From Mobula hypostoma (lineage: Eukaryota), in contig NC_086123.1 in the NCBI RefSeq assembly GCF_963921235.1, positions 3,844,001-3,908,000 of the forward strand: a stretch of DNA of 64,000 nucleotides. The letters run 5' to 3'. This document shows positions 39,701 through 52,400 of this stretch, in pieces; the first letter of the stretch is position 1, and the number at the start of each line of letters is the position of its first letter. The translations under genes and the position numbers were made by a program. Below the pieces are notes generated by a model. That model made no database searches, had not been told where the DNA came from, and worked only from the letters and a program-made list of their open reading frames with translations.

Positions 39701-40296
39701 CTGACAACTACAGCAAAAAGCAGATTGTGAGATATACCATCAGCAATTGCCCTCTCTGATTATTTCCAGGACACACGGCCAGTATTTGTGTGGCCACAGT
39801 AGGCACCATAACCCGGCTGCGAACCCCATGACATCAATTGTCACTCACTACCACCATCAGAAACATATTTCACATTGGCAGATTTAATGGGGTATCTTAA
39901 AGCTTCAGTGAAGATGCAATCCTGCTGCCTCTGACAATGAATGAGAACATTTCCCTGTCCCTGGACTCCAATGGATGGTAACTGGCTCTGTAGAGATCGT
40001 CTGTCCACCTACCGTTCAAGGTCATCCACTGGTGTCCCAGATCCACCAGTTCCACAGTAACAGCCGTAGTTATTGAATTGCAGTGGTGAAGTGATGCTTG
40101 GGTTGGCACATTTAATCATTTTATTGAACTGATAAAGGTTCCTGGACTCAATGGAAGTGCTCCCAACACCAGCTACATCAGGAGAGAGAGGAACAGACAG
40201 ACACAAACAGGTTAGAACATGAAGCAACCAACATCAAAGTAAGGCTCACTCGAGGAGAGTCTCCTTACCTGAGAGCAGAAGCAGGACAAACAGGCC
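33615..40296 (-). CDS. PLA2G1B: Group I PLA2 copy B: exons 2-4 intact (40172-40013, 38775-38651, 33733-33615); exon 1 truncated (40296-40269) with native ATG lost; chimeric gene or very young pseudogene
   Basis: Mature product [123 protein letters not shown]. All splice sites, 14 Cys and H48/D49/D99 are retained. Homology to copy A stops at codon 3 (A: ATGTTGGGCCTG; B: GCTTTTGGCCTG). Confidence 0.85.
34018..34185 (+). mobile_element. Penelope terminal fragment replacing about 240 bp of intron 3 in copy B
   Basis: The equivalent of A 51911-52150 is missing in B and this repeat lies in its place. Confidence 0.8.
34051..34086 (+). ncRNA. Minimal type I hammerhead ribozyme motif of a Penelope repeat (representative copy)
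   Basis: AGTC-CTGACGA-AGGGTCTCGGCCT-GAAA-CG-TC-GACT: conserved CUGANGA and GAAA boxes, GUC cleavage triplet, AGTC/GACT stem I and palindromic ACGT stem III. Confidence 0.65.
34299..34418 (-). mobile_element. Penelope terminal fragment, copy-B-specific
   Basis: 15-bp duplication GATATTTTATCTGGT (34284-34298, 34419-34433); empty site in A near 51800-51815. Confidence 0.85.
36142..36765 (-). mobile_element. CR1 3' end nested in an L2 fragment (about 35790-37530)
   Basis: [19 protein letters not shown]; CATAGAAA tail repeats at about 36145-36160. Confidence 0.85.
38651..38775 (-). CDS. PLA2G1B: PLA2 copy B exon 3
   Basis: 125 nt; TTTTACAG acceptor, G|GTGAGT donor; [41 protein letters not shown]. 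Confidence 0.9.
40013..40172 (-). CDS. PLA2G1B: PLA2 copy B exon 2
   Basis: 160 nt with the same splice sites as copy A; covered by ORF 40009..40227. Confidence 0.9.
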
Positions 40297-40525
40297 AAAA
40301 GCAGGCAAGGACGGGATTTTGAGGCCTAGCCTGCAAAAGATTCCTGACCACACAGTAACGACAGCAGCGAACGGGCGTTTCAGAAATTTCTCCAGATGTT
40401 CCTCTGTGCTTTCCCGTCCATTCTCCATCAAATCAGAATTGTCCACGGCCCCTATTTAACAGATACGATATCATTTTGCACCGGAGAGCTGCGCACATGC
40501 AGGCGCGCCGCCATCTTCTCCTCCC
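40297..40525 (-). mobile_element. Retroelement 5'-UTR-like segment fused to PLA2 copy B exon 1
   Basis: CpG-rich; begins GGAGAAGATGGCGGCG, a YY1 consensus typical of internal LINE promoters. The family assignment is from resemblance only. Confidence 0.55.
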
Positions 40526-41207
40526 GCCAGACAAGATTATTGTCCTAAACTTAAGACGAGACCTTAAGCCTTAAAGTTATAGACAGCTATTAGCCTACTC
40601 ACTTGAGAGAGGTTATACTGTAGCAACCTATAAGTCAAAGACTAATTTACTTATCTATTTTGGTCTCTTTTCTGAATGAGTTTAGCTGTCAGTAATCACT
40701 ATTTCGAGTGGTGGGACCACCCCTCACAACCAAGGAGGGGATACTTCCAGCTAACAAAGCAGATTAAACATCATTATTTTATTCTTAAAGAGCACATTTA
40801 CTCTCTGCAGTAATTCGAACAGAGATTATAATTCTAAAGAAGATTTCCAGACACAAGTACCATTCTTACAAAAACTTTGCAATGAGTTGCAGACAGACAT
40901 GTCAGGGCCACAGAAAGGAGGCTTTCTGCAGTTGTAAGTCTCGGGTTGAGACCGAGGAGAAGATTCTATGTCTTCATCTCTGTCAGTCCTCACAACCCCA
41001 CTTCCTTCTAAAGTTTATATCCATTTTATTGCCATTCATCTAAAGTCACCTCATTGGCCCGTGATGTTTTCACAACTGGATTTATCAGGTTAGATGGCAG
41101 GACCCTTAGATTAAAGTAGACAATGTGTTTTCTCTGGATTGGGTTCAAGTCTCAGGTAGGTTCCTGTCCCTGAACCTGCACGTTATTTCTCGATGGGAAA
41201 CGGAAGT

Positions 41208-41915
41208 AGAATCATAGAGAAGTACAGAACAAAAATTGTCCATGCCGAAAACTATTAAATTGCCTACTCCCATCGACCTGCACCGGACCATAACCCTCCA
41301 TACCCCTACCATCCATGCACCGATCCAAACTTCTCTTAAGTGTTGAAATCGAGCTCTCATGCACCACTTACGCTGGCAGCTTGTTCCACGCTCTCACCAC
41401 CCTCTGAGTGAAGAAGTTTCCCTTCATGTTCTCCTTAAACTTTTCACCTTTCACCCTTAACCCATGACCTCTGGTTGTAGTCTCACTCAACCTCAGTGGA
41501 AAACGCCTGCTTGCATTTACAATACCTAAGGACTAATAATTTTGTACATCTCTATCAAATCTCCTCTCAATCTTCTACGTTCTAAGGAATACTGTCCTAA
41601 CCCATGTAATCTTTCCTTATAACTCAGGTCCTCAAGCCCCAGCAACACATCCTTGTAAATATTCTCTGTATTTGTTCAACCTTGTTTATAACTTTCCTGT
41701 TAGTAGGTGATCAAAACTGCACACAATACTCCAAATTAGGCCTCATTAACGTCTTATACAGCTTCAACATAATATCCCATCTCCTGTACTCAGTACATTG
41801 ATTTATGAAAACCAATGTGGCAAAAACTTTCTTTATGACCCTATGAACCTGAGAGGCCACTTTCAATGAATTATGGATCCCTTTGCTCCACCGCACTCTT
41901 CTGTGCCCTACCATT
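41208..41915 (-). mobile_element. CR1 3' fragment
   Basis: LKLYKTLMRPNLEYCVQF. Confidence 0.8.
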
Positions 41916-41919
41916 CGGT

Positions 41920-42270
41920 GAGCTGCCTCCTAACCCTGCACCGGAAGATCAAACGCTCTCTTGAACTCAACCACGAGTTGGTGGAAGGACTGAGCTGTAG
42001 GGGGAACCTTGTTCTCACAGAGCATTGAACAGGTGAATGGAGTCCGAGTGATTCACCACGTACGCACATCATCACTGAACCGACCTGGCTGGGCTTGGAA
42101 AGTCAGCTCACACTGGGTCATAAACTTCCTGCAGCCGTTAGGGTCACCGGAGTATCTGCCTGGTGGAGGGATGCTCGGCTGTGATCCAGAATCAGCTGAA
42201 GGAATGGCTGAGACTGTGATGGGGAAGATGTGGGACATCCCGGAGTGGGATCGTCGGTGCTGAAGGCTGT
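41920..42270 (-). mobile_element. Ty3/Gypsy (Sushi-like) gag fragment
   Basis: PPPGRYSGDPNGCRKFMTQCELTFQAQPGRFSDD. Confidence 0.75.
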
Positions 42271-42512
42271 AAATTGCAGGCTCTATCCCTCCAGAAACGT
42301 TTTTAAGGTGAAAACATACGTAAAAGAAGTGAAAAAGCTTTTTGCTTACCATCTGGAAGATGTCGACTATGGGAACGTCGTACGCTGGCGCCATCTTGAC
42401 CACTTTTTTCATGTTCTGAATTGATAGAAAGTGGGTGAGTGATCCATGAGTTTCAAAAGAGATTTGCCAAATTTTGAGATCCTGTGATTTGGTGAGAGTA
42501 AAGAGAGAATGA

Positions 42513-42520
42513 AAGAGAGA

Positions 42521-42576
<56 letters not shown>

Positions 42577-42592
42577 GGAGAGAAAGAGAGAG
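42513..42592. repeat. (GA)n microsatellite
   Basis: Seen directly. Confidence 0.95.
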
Positions 42593-45500
42593 TGAGTGTG
42601 GAGGGAAAAGAGAGCAGATGAGGCTGAGTTTCAAAAATGTTCCTTGAAGCTTGGGAGCTTTTGAGATCCTGTGATTCAGAGAGAGTGAGAATGAAGGTCG
42701 GATAGAGACCAGATAATATACAGAGATGAAGAGCAAGATAGGGATTTTGAATTCACTCCATGTTTGATGAAATAGACTGTAACCTAAGGAAAATTATGAT
42801 TTTTTAATCTTAGACAAAGTTGCTTTGCTCGTGATGAGCTAAAGTTGGGAGGTGTTTTACCTTTCCTTTAACTATGATATTCCAATCCATTTGTTAGTTA
42901 TCTGAACTATAGTTGGTGAAAACAAAACATGAACTGGGTCATGTACAATTCAGGAAGATATAATAAAACTCACAGGGATTTGGAATATTGGCTCAAAGCT
43001 TTAAAAATAGACAATACTGTTTTGGTAATTCTGCCAAATATTTTAGGACAATTAGGAGGAATCATAAATGTTGTTTTCCTCAATAAGAATGGGCTTATTT
43101 TCTCTTTCTGACAAGCTGAACCAAACATAAATGGTCAATACTCCTGTTCAAACTGCTCTTCTGGAGCAAGAGTTTGTTGGGAAAACTACTACTTATTTTA
43201 ACTTAGTTACAGTAAGGAGCAGTCTTTGTCTTGTACAATGCGAATGCACAGATGTAATGATCACTTCTTACACATCACATGCAAATAATCAATAAAACTG
43301 CTAAGAGTTGGAACACTGACTAAAAATGTAATTTGAATTGCTGAGTTTGTCAGGTAGCAATAATCTGCAGCCTGAGAACAAAGGATTGTAATGGAATAAA
43401 AAGGCAAATGAGGGGGCTGTGATGAGTTGCCCGACACCGTTGGTTGGCAGATTTCAAGTTCAGCTGTCTGTCCCTGCTCCCGAGTAGAAACTTTGAACCT
43501 CACCCAAACAGGGTCAAACATACAGTGGTAGGTTGGGGTAGGGAAAGGGAACATTCTGAGGTTTGGAAGCCCAGAGCTGCATCATAGAATGGAAACTGCA
43601 GGGAGTGAAGAGCCACATTTCTTTTTGTGTATTGCAGATGAAGTAATTCTGTGAGTATTGAGGGGAAGTGACAGGGAAGAATGGAGAGGGAGGTGACACA
43701 ACCACAGTCATTAATTTACCAGGTTCCATGGTGGAACATCTGGTCCATCAGGACTCAGAGTGTCAGTGTACGGTGATCCAGATCAGAAACATTGAATAGG
43801 TTCCAGAGCATCAGTCAGCTCTCCCATCCAGGATGGGCAAGTTCATTCCGATCACGTAGATGGACTGCTTCAAGTATCAGCAGAGTTGTGTCTCACATCA
43901 GAATATTTCTCCTGTTGTTCCTTGTGCCACCTTGGTCAACATAATGTCTTCACTTCCCTGGTCTTCTCCTGGCCTGGTCTGCCTGATCCTTCAGGCTGTA
44001 TCCCGCATTCGTCATCAGCAATGGAGAATCAGAGGGATGAAGTGAACATTCATCGTTAGTGGATGGTCTGGTGCCCCAACACTGCGTGTGGGACTGGGAA
44101 AAGGTTGAATCATGTGGCTACACTCTCTATGGTTCCTGATGGGACTGCACTAGGTTAGCACTGACACAGATGTTGTTATTTGGTTTCCACTCCGGCCATC
44201 TTGTCTACCTGGGAGTAAACCGTGCTCATTGAGGCAAATCCAGTTTCCTTACCACAGCCGTCTTCAGTGTCGACAGGAGAAACAATTCTTTCTCTGGGAT
44301 CTCACAGTCAGCAATGAATTGCTCTTCTTTGGTGCAACTCCATTACATTTTGTTTCCAGTGCTCCTTCGCAGTTCTTGAATCAGAATCAGGTTTATTATC
44401 ACGGACATACGTCATACAGTATATATGTCAGATGTCATGGTCAACCTCTCAAAACACTTCATCGCAGTGGATGTGAGCGAAGGACTTGATGAAGTCCCTC
44501 ATTCATTCTATTGTGGTTGTTGGATTTTCTGAGTATGCCCGCAAGAAAATGAATCTCAGGCTTGTATATAGTGCATATATATACTTTGAACTTTGAAATT
44601 TAATAGCTACGTACAAGACTTAAGATCTTGGCTTGTTTCGGACAATAAAATGGGTATACCCGATATCATCACGTTCACTCCTGACATGGTTTTGTTTCTG
44701 CCTCCCCGTGTCCTAGGGTGTGGAGTGTGTGTGGTCACACATTTGGATGCTTAATGCTCTGTTAAACTGATGTGTAGACTGGTGCCCCGTGGGTCTCTTT
44801 ATGCCCCAACAGGGCTGTAAAACTGCCCCTTTGTGATACCCTCCCTCAATTTGACAATAAAGTTGCAAGGGTCAAGTTTTGAACAGTCAGTTTCGTGCTA
44901 ATGCTGAGATGGGGGCAATTTAGGTTTCAGTGGGTGATATTTGTTGGACCTGTCCCCCAAACTCTCTCTGGAAAGTGGAGCTGGAGGAAGGAGGGTGGAA
45001 GGGGTTCTTTTATTGATGGGGTCACCACCATGGTCACCAATCCCCAGGAAGAGCACCACCTCCCTCTCCATCCCTCCATGACTCGTCCCTTTCACACCTG
45101 AAAGTTGCTTAACCTTTAGGGCACAGAAAATGAGGCTCCATCATCACTACAGCTGCCATTCTGTGACAATATTCCTCTTCTAAGTTTGACCCCATTTGGT
45201 CGAGGTTCACATTGTGCTCAGGAGTTGGGGTGAAGCAGGAAATATAGCTTATGATCTGTTCAACCCAATACCTCAAATACCAACCCAACACCCCGACAAT
45301 TCCCACCTTCACCCACATTTCATCCTATTGTAAATCAACATTTTCTCACAAGTCAGCCAGAAAACCCAGTGCTTCAACTTGGGTTGTTTCAGTACAAATT
45401 CCGATTGTTATTGGTCAGAACTATTCATTTATGTTTGGTGAGATAAAGATGAGCAGGTGTGTGCATTTGCATGGAATGAGATTCTAGATCTTCTTCAGCA

Positions 45501-46131
45501 GAATGAGGGATTTGCATTTTATTCATATCCAGTATGTATGGGGAACTGTTTATATGGAGCTGTACGTGACTGGAATGGAATTTTGATCAATTCCTCTGAA
45601 TTAATTAGTATAGATAACTTACTAATAAAAAAATTGTGTTCTTGTGATTGAGGGAGAAGGTCAAAAGTCATGCAGGTGCTTTACATGATGGAAGACTGTT
45701 AAAAGCTTAACTTTTCAGTGAATTGAAACAAGGTCGTCAAAGAAAAAGAAGAATGCAAAATGTCTGTGGCTCAGACACATATCTTAACGTCTGAAATCTG
45801 TAGGAATGCTGGAGGTTATTAATCATGCAGACACATCCGGACACCTCAAATCAAACAAAACTGAATGGTCTTCATGTTTTATCATTTTCCAATCTCTGGT
45901 TCTGAAACCTCTCATGCAACTCGCAGGGCAAGTCCCACAGTGACTCTTCTCATTTTCAGAGGTGACACCACATCCTCACCATATTGTGATACCAATTATC
46001 GAGAGTTCGTGTCGTAACAATTCCAACCCATCACCCCGTCTCACTCTGTATTCAGTGTCTATGTGTCAATCAGTGAAACCCATCATGAGCGCACTTGAGG
46101 TAGTTACACTCACTCATAATAGAACACAGTC

Positions 46132-46197
46132 TCACACACACGCACACACTCATACATGTAAATTGACACACACTCAAACACACACACACACACACAC
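46132..46197. repeat. (CA)n microsatellite upstream of the copy A promoter, mirrored as (TG)n at 57702-57770
   Basis: Seen directly. Confidence 0.9.
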
Positions 46198-46254
46198 TGA
46201 GAAGAGTCGGAAGCAGTCAGGATTGGCTCTGTCTCTCCAGCTCAGTCAAATAGA

Positions 46255-46320
46255 GATCAGCTGTATCAACAGGAGAGTTTGTCTTTATCTTATCCATGTT
46301 ATCAGCTCCCAATATATAAT
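46255..46320 (+). promoter_or_regulatory. Proximal promoter of PLA2 copy A: TATA box, GATA-type sites and an E-box
   Basis: TATATAA at 46313-46319; CAGCTG at 46258-46263; TTATCT and TTATCA (reverse WGATAA) between them. Function is inferred from position only. Confidence 0.65.
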
Positions 46321-46374
46321 CCAGGGACTGAACCTCACAAGTGTGATTTCCAGGACAGGGAAGAGCAAACGACA

Positions 46375-46408
46375 ATGTTGGGCCTGTTTGTCCTGCTTCT
46401 GCTCTCAG
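46375..46408 (+). CDS. PLA2G1B: PLA2 copy A exon 1 (signal peptide [11 protein letters not shown])
   Basis: ATG at 46375, about 55 nt after the TATATAA motif; donor CAG|GTAAGG at 46408/46409. Confidence 0.9.
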
Positions 46409-49400
46409 GTAAGGAGACTCTCCTCGAGTGAGCCTTACTTTGATGTTGGTTGCTTCATGTTCTAACCTGTTTGTGTCTGTCTGTTCCTCTCTCTCCTGAT
46501 GTAGCTGGTGCTGGGAGCACTTCCATTGAGTCCAGGAACCTTTATCAGTTCGGTGCAATGATTAAATGTGCCAACCCAAGCATCACTTCACCACTGCAAT
46601 TCAATAACTACGGCTGTTACTGTGGATCTGGTGGATCTGGGACACCAGTAGATGACCTTGACCGGTAGGTGGACAGACGATCTCTACAGAGCCAGTTACC
46701 ATCCTTTGGAGTCCAGGGACAGGGAAATGTTCTCATTCATTGTCAGAGGCAGCAGGATTGCATCTTCACTGAAGCATTAAAATACCCCATTAAATCTCCC
46801 AATGTGAAATATGTTTCTGATGGTGGTAGTGAGTGACGATTGATGTCATGGGGTTTGCAGGCAGGTTATGGTGCCTGCGGTGGCCACACAAATACTGGCC
46901 GTGAGTCCTGGAAATAATCAGAGAGGGCAATTGCTGATGGTATATCTCACAATCTGCTTTTTGCTGTAGTTGTCAGTACTCCGACTTGAGTTAAGTTTCC
47001 GTTGGTGCAGATATGGCCGTGTATTAATTTTCTGCTTGGTGTCACTTTCAGTCCTGAAACTGGCTCCATTGAGTTGGTAATGCGGTCTCTGTTGAAGAAT
47101 TTTTTGCACCGTGGTTTTAGCGAGTTGATTTGCTGGAGCCTCTCCAGTGGTGGTTTCTGAGATGTCAGCCGTGATCAGGATATGCCGTCTGTCCTGCAGT
47201 GATCACGAGAGACAGATCACAGATTGGTGCAGCTGGGGCTGCAGGTTTCCTGCTGAGGGTGGAGGAGGACAATGACACTTGCTAGGGCTGGGAGACACTC
47301 AGTGCCTGTTGACTTCAGAGCCCCAGTGATGGTACAGAGGGTAGTGCTGGGTTTGCAGTGCCACCGGTCTGTACAGGAGTTCAGGACTGTGTTGTGGAAC
47401 ACACCGAGGACAGAGCAGCTGCTCCCAGGGAGGATTCTGTCCTTCTGGAGGATTGAACAGGGGGTTCGATCATGGCAGCACAAGAGAGAACCATGACACA
47501 GTAGCTCCCTTAGTAAGGGAGCGAGGAAGGAAAGGAGAGAGGGCAACCAGCTGGTCGATCAGTCTGTTGCTTGTTGTTGGGTCTTGAACACACACAATCC
47601 ATAGAAAAAGGGAAAAAATAAGCATTGGTCACCTTCTCAGGTCTATTGTGGTCATGTCACTTGGAGGAATTCTTTTCCACATTCCTGCCTGAGTCCCCAC
47701 AGATCCTGATTCCACATCCCACTGTGAAGCTCCTCCCCAACTCCCTGGTACGATATGAGCCTGCTCAGTTACCCTCAGCTCAGATCACCTCCTGACTCTT
47801 AGCTCTACATGGGAAGTGTCTGACACTGGAGGCTGCTGTAACAGTGTTCTGTTAACTCTAGTCCATGAGTTTTCTACTAAACGTTATCTGTGATTTTACA
47901 GGTGCTGCCAGACCCATGACAACTGTTATGGTGATGCTTCGACAAAAGAGAAGTGTGGATTTCTCAAATCACCCAAAGTAATATATTACAAGTACAGCTG
48001 CTCAAGCGGGAAAATCGAATGTGATAGTGAGTATGATCGGAGAGTGTCTCATTGTCTTATTTTTATCTCTGCTTCCATGGTCAGCAACTTTGGTCCATCC
48101 CTCATCGTCTTTGTGAAGGTGCTGGTAAGGACATGTTCGGCACAGCTTTGTGGACAGAGGGCCTGTATTGTGCTGTAGAGTTTCTATGTTTCTATGGTCT
48201 CTGTAGCTGCATCAATATGTAGTGACCTGGTTAAGTCCTCAGAGATATTGACACCCAGGAACTTGAAATTGCCCATTCTCTCCACTCCTGATAGATACAG
48301 AAATAAACTGAATGGCAGTAATTACATATATGTTTATTAAATAGTTAAATTAAAGACATAGTACAAAAAAAGGAAATAAAAAAGTAATGGGGTAGTGTTC
48401 GTAAGTTTAATGTCCATTTAGAAATCAGATGGCAGAGAGAAAGAAGCTAGTCTTGACGTGTGTGCCTTCAAGCTTCTGTACCTCCTTCCTGACGGTAACA
48501 ATGAGAAGAGGGCATGTACTGGGTGGTGAGGGTCCTTAATACTGGACAACTCCTTCCTGAGGCAGCTTATGGGACATAAAGGCTAAGCAATCCAAGGAAG
48601 ACTATACACCTGAGAATTATGAGAGGCATAGATAAAATAAACAATCGCAGCCCTTTTCCAAGGCAGGAAAGTCTAAAACTAGAGGTCTAGGTTTAACGTG
48701 GGAGTAGAAAAAGTTTTAAAAGGAACAACTTGTTCACACAGAGGCTGCTGGGTATGTAGAAGGTGCAAAGGAGATGGGAACAATTACAATATTTCAAAGA
48801 TAGTTGGAAAGCTTCAGAGGGATCTGGGCCAAGTGCAGGCAGAAGGGTTAGCATAGAAAGACAGTGGGTCAGCATGGATGAGTTGGGCCGAAGAGCCTGG
48901 CTCAGAGCTGCAAAACCTTTACGACTCTATTAATGTGAAAGATGGCTGAATTACGCTCCTTATTTGAAGATGGTTATTGTCTGACACGTGTGTGTTGTTA
49001 ATGTTACTCACCAGCTAGTGGTCAGGGCCCAGATATTGCTGGATCATATGCAGAGAGCAAATTATGAACTGAGTATTATTGATGAGTAATTTATAATTAT
49101 CATGGAAAAAGATAGAATCAAAGAGGACAGGGAAATTTTTAATTGGGGAAAGGCAAATTATGAGGCTATAAGGCTAGAACTTGCGGATGTGAATTGGGAT
49201 GATGTTTTTGCAGGGAAATGTACTATGGACATGTGGTCGATGTTTAGAGATCTCTTGCGGGATGTAAGGGATAAATTTGTCCCGGTGAGGAAGATAAAGA
49301 ATGATAGGGTGAAGGAACCATGGGTGACAAGTGAGGTGGAAAATCTAGTCAGGAGGAAGAAGGCAGCATACATGAGGTTTAGGAAGCAAGGATCAGATGG

Positions 49401-52400
49401 CTGTATGGAGGAATGTAGGGAAGCAAGAAAGGAGCTTAAGACGGGGCTGAGAAGAGCAAGAAGGGGGCATGCGAAGGCCTTGGCGAGTAGGGTAAAGGAA
49501 AACCCCAAGGCATTCTTCAATTATGTGAAGAAAAAAAGGATGACAGGAGTGAAGGTAGGACCGATTAGAGATAAAGGTGGGAAGATGTGCCTGGAGGCTG
49601 TGGAAGTGAGCGAGGTCCTCAATGAATACTTCTCTTTGGTATTCACCAATGAGAGGGAACGTGATGATGGTGAGGACAATATGAGTGAGGTTGATGTTCT
49701 GGAGCATGCTGATATTAAGGGAGAGGAGGTGTTGGAGTTGTTAAAATACATTAGGACAGATAAGTCCCCGGGGCCTGACGGAATATTCCCCAGGCTGCTC
49801 CATGAGGCGAGAGAAGAGATTGCTGAGCCTCTGGCTAGGATCTTTATGTCCTCGTTGTCCACGGGAATGGTACCGGAGGATTGGAGGGAGGCGAATGTTG
49901 TTCCCTTGTTCATAAAAGGTAGTAGGGATAGTCCGGGTAATTAAAGACCAGTCAGCCTTACGTCTGTGGTGGGAAAGCTGTTCGAAAAGATTCTTAGAGA
50001 TAGGATCTATCGGCATTTAGAGAATCATGGTCTGATCAGGGACAGTCAACATGGCTTTGTGAAGGGCAGATCGTGTCTAACAAGCCTGATAGAGTTCTTT
50101 GAGGAGGTGACCAAGTATATAGATGAGGGTAGTGCAGTGGATGTGATCTATATGGATTTTAGTAAGGCATTTGACAAAGTTCCACATGGTAGGCTTATTC
50201 AGAAAGTTAGAAGGCATGGGATCCAGGGGAGTTTGGCCAGGTGGATTCAGAATTGGCTTGCCTGCAGGAGGCAGAGGGTGGTGGTGGAGGGAGTACATTC
50301 AGATTGGAGGATTGTGACTAGTGGTGCCCCACAAGGATCTGTTCTGGGACCTCTACTTTTCGTGATTTTTATTAACGACCTGGATGTGGGGGTAGAAGGG
50401 TGGGTTGGCAAGTTTGCAGACGACACAAAGATTGGTGGTGTTGTAGATAGTGTAGAGGATTGTCAAAGATTGCAGAGAGACATTGATAGGATGCAGAAGT
50501 GGGCTGAGAAGTGGCAGATGGAGTTCAACCCGGAGAAGTGTGAGGTGGTACACTTTGGAAGGACAAACTCCAAGGCAGAGCACAAAGTAAATGGCAGGAT
50601 ACTTGGTAGTGTGGAGGAGCAGAGGGATCTCAGGGTACATGTCCACACATCCCTGAAAGTTGCCTCACAGGTGGATAGGGTAGTTAAGAAAGCTTATAGG
50701 GTGTTAGCTTTCATAAGTCGAGGGATAGAGTTTAAGAGTTGCGATGTAATGATGCAGCTCTATAAAACTCTGGTTAGGCCACACTTGGAGTATTGTGTCC
50801 GGTTCTGGTCACCTCACTATAGGAAGGATGTGGAAGCATTGGAAAGGGTACAGAGGAGATTTACCAGGATGCTGCCTGGTTTAGAGAGTATGCATTATGA
50901 TCAGAGATTAAGGGAGCGAGGGCTTTACTCTTTGGACAGAAGGAGGATGAGAGGAGACATGATAGAGTTGTACAAGATAATAAGAGGAATAGATAGAGTG
51001 GAAAGCCAGCGCCTCTTCCCCAGGGCACCACTGCTCAATACAAGAGGACATGGCTTTAAGGTAAGGGGTGGGAAGATCAAGGGAGATATTAGAGGAAAGT
51101 TTTTTACTCAGAGAGTGGTTGGTGCGTGGAATGCACTGCCTGAGTCAGTGGTGGAGGCAGATACACTAGTGAAGTTTAAGAGACTACTAGACAGGTATAT
51201 GGAGGAATCTAAGGTGGGGGCTTATATGGGAGGCAGGGTTTGAGGGTCGGCACAACATTGCGGGCCAAAGGGCCTGTACTGTGCTGTACTATTCTATGTT
51301 CTATGTATAAGTACCGTCTGGTAGCACTGACACAATCAAAAAGCATTTGAAATAGTAGATTGAGTAAATATTTGGCTCTGAAAGCCTGCTGCACTATTTG
51401 TCAAGATATAGGTTTATCTTCTTGCTCAACACTTTTTCCTGACATATTTCAATATCCCCAGATTCCTACAATTTCCCAAATTTAATCAGCTTCAGTTTTG
51501 AGTGAATTCATGGCATCCACAGCCCTCTGGCACAGGATCTTCCCCCAGTTTGAACCCTCAATGGTTTGCCCTTAATCTGCGCCAGTGACCCCTGATTCTA
51601 TTTCCCATCAGTACAGGAAACACCCTCTCCATATCTGTCCTGTGATCCCTGCTGTGGTTTCAAAATTCAACCCACAGAAAATGGATTCAGATGAATAAAA
51701 GGAGGAATATTTTTGCTTCACTTCATCTCAGCATTTTACAGAATGCAATAGAAATGTTGTGACCAGTTTGTTTGCAGCAAGATCCCAATGGAGCCATGAC
51801 CAGATAAAATATCTAAGCTGATATTTGCAGGACAATTCTGATCACATTAAAAGAGGTTTCTCCCAAGCTCTTTTGTTACATACAATCTCCTCACCAGACA
51901 GATGAAAAATATGCTCAGTTTAACAGTCAGGAGAGAGGGAGATGGGTCACTTCTCCCTCAGGAGCACAGTGGAATATCACTCTTCCAGTTTGTGTTAATG
52001 TCACTGCAGTGGGACTGAAAACTCAGAGTCAGAAGCAAGATCCAAGGCTGCTGCCTGGGGCCACATCAGTGGTGAAGGGCTGGGGGTCACCAGGGACTTT
52101 TCTAGAATTCTAGATTCAGCTATGATTGTGGTGTAGATCTTCACAGGATTTGTTATTCTGATGTCAATGCAAGTCTGACATCAGCTTGAAAGCATCCATT
52201 GACTCTAGAAATGATGAGGTCATCACAATGAAATTAAAAACCCAAATTACAATTAGTATTTTAAATGATTTACAGAACATTTATATAAAGATTAGAATGT
52301 TGCACATAATATATAGATGGAAGCTGAAATATCAAAATATATTAAAATATAAAAATATCTTTCATTCCTTCATAATCCAAAGCAAATATCATTAATATAA

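Larger units (their letters stand above)
31280..40296 (-). repeat. Segmental duplication arm, inverted homologue of 46381-54254
   Basis: Collinear reverse-complement identity through introns and 3' flank (e.g. 31280 TGTAACTCC versus 54246-54254 GGAGTTACA), with copy-specific TE indels. Confidence 0.95.

Noticed and set aside
41920-42270. Domesticated PEG10/RTL-like gene
   Set aside because: Short, disrupted and embedded among other TE fragments; an ordinary Gypsy gag relic.
42053-42736. 227-aa ORF and similar ORFs at 54110..54487 and 57583..57855
   Set aside because: These are artefacts of (GA)n or (CA)n low-complexity sequence, in the first case joined to a Gypsy fragment.
46450-46668. ORF-track proteins starting [17 protein letters not shown] (also 40009..40227) as real N-termini
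   Set aside because: They start at a TTG in intron 1 and read through the polypyrimidine tract; the true exon 1 with ATG and donor lies upstream.
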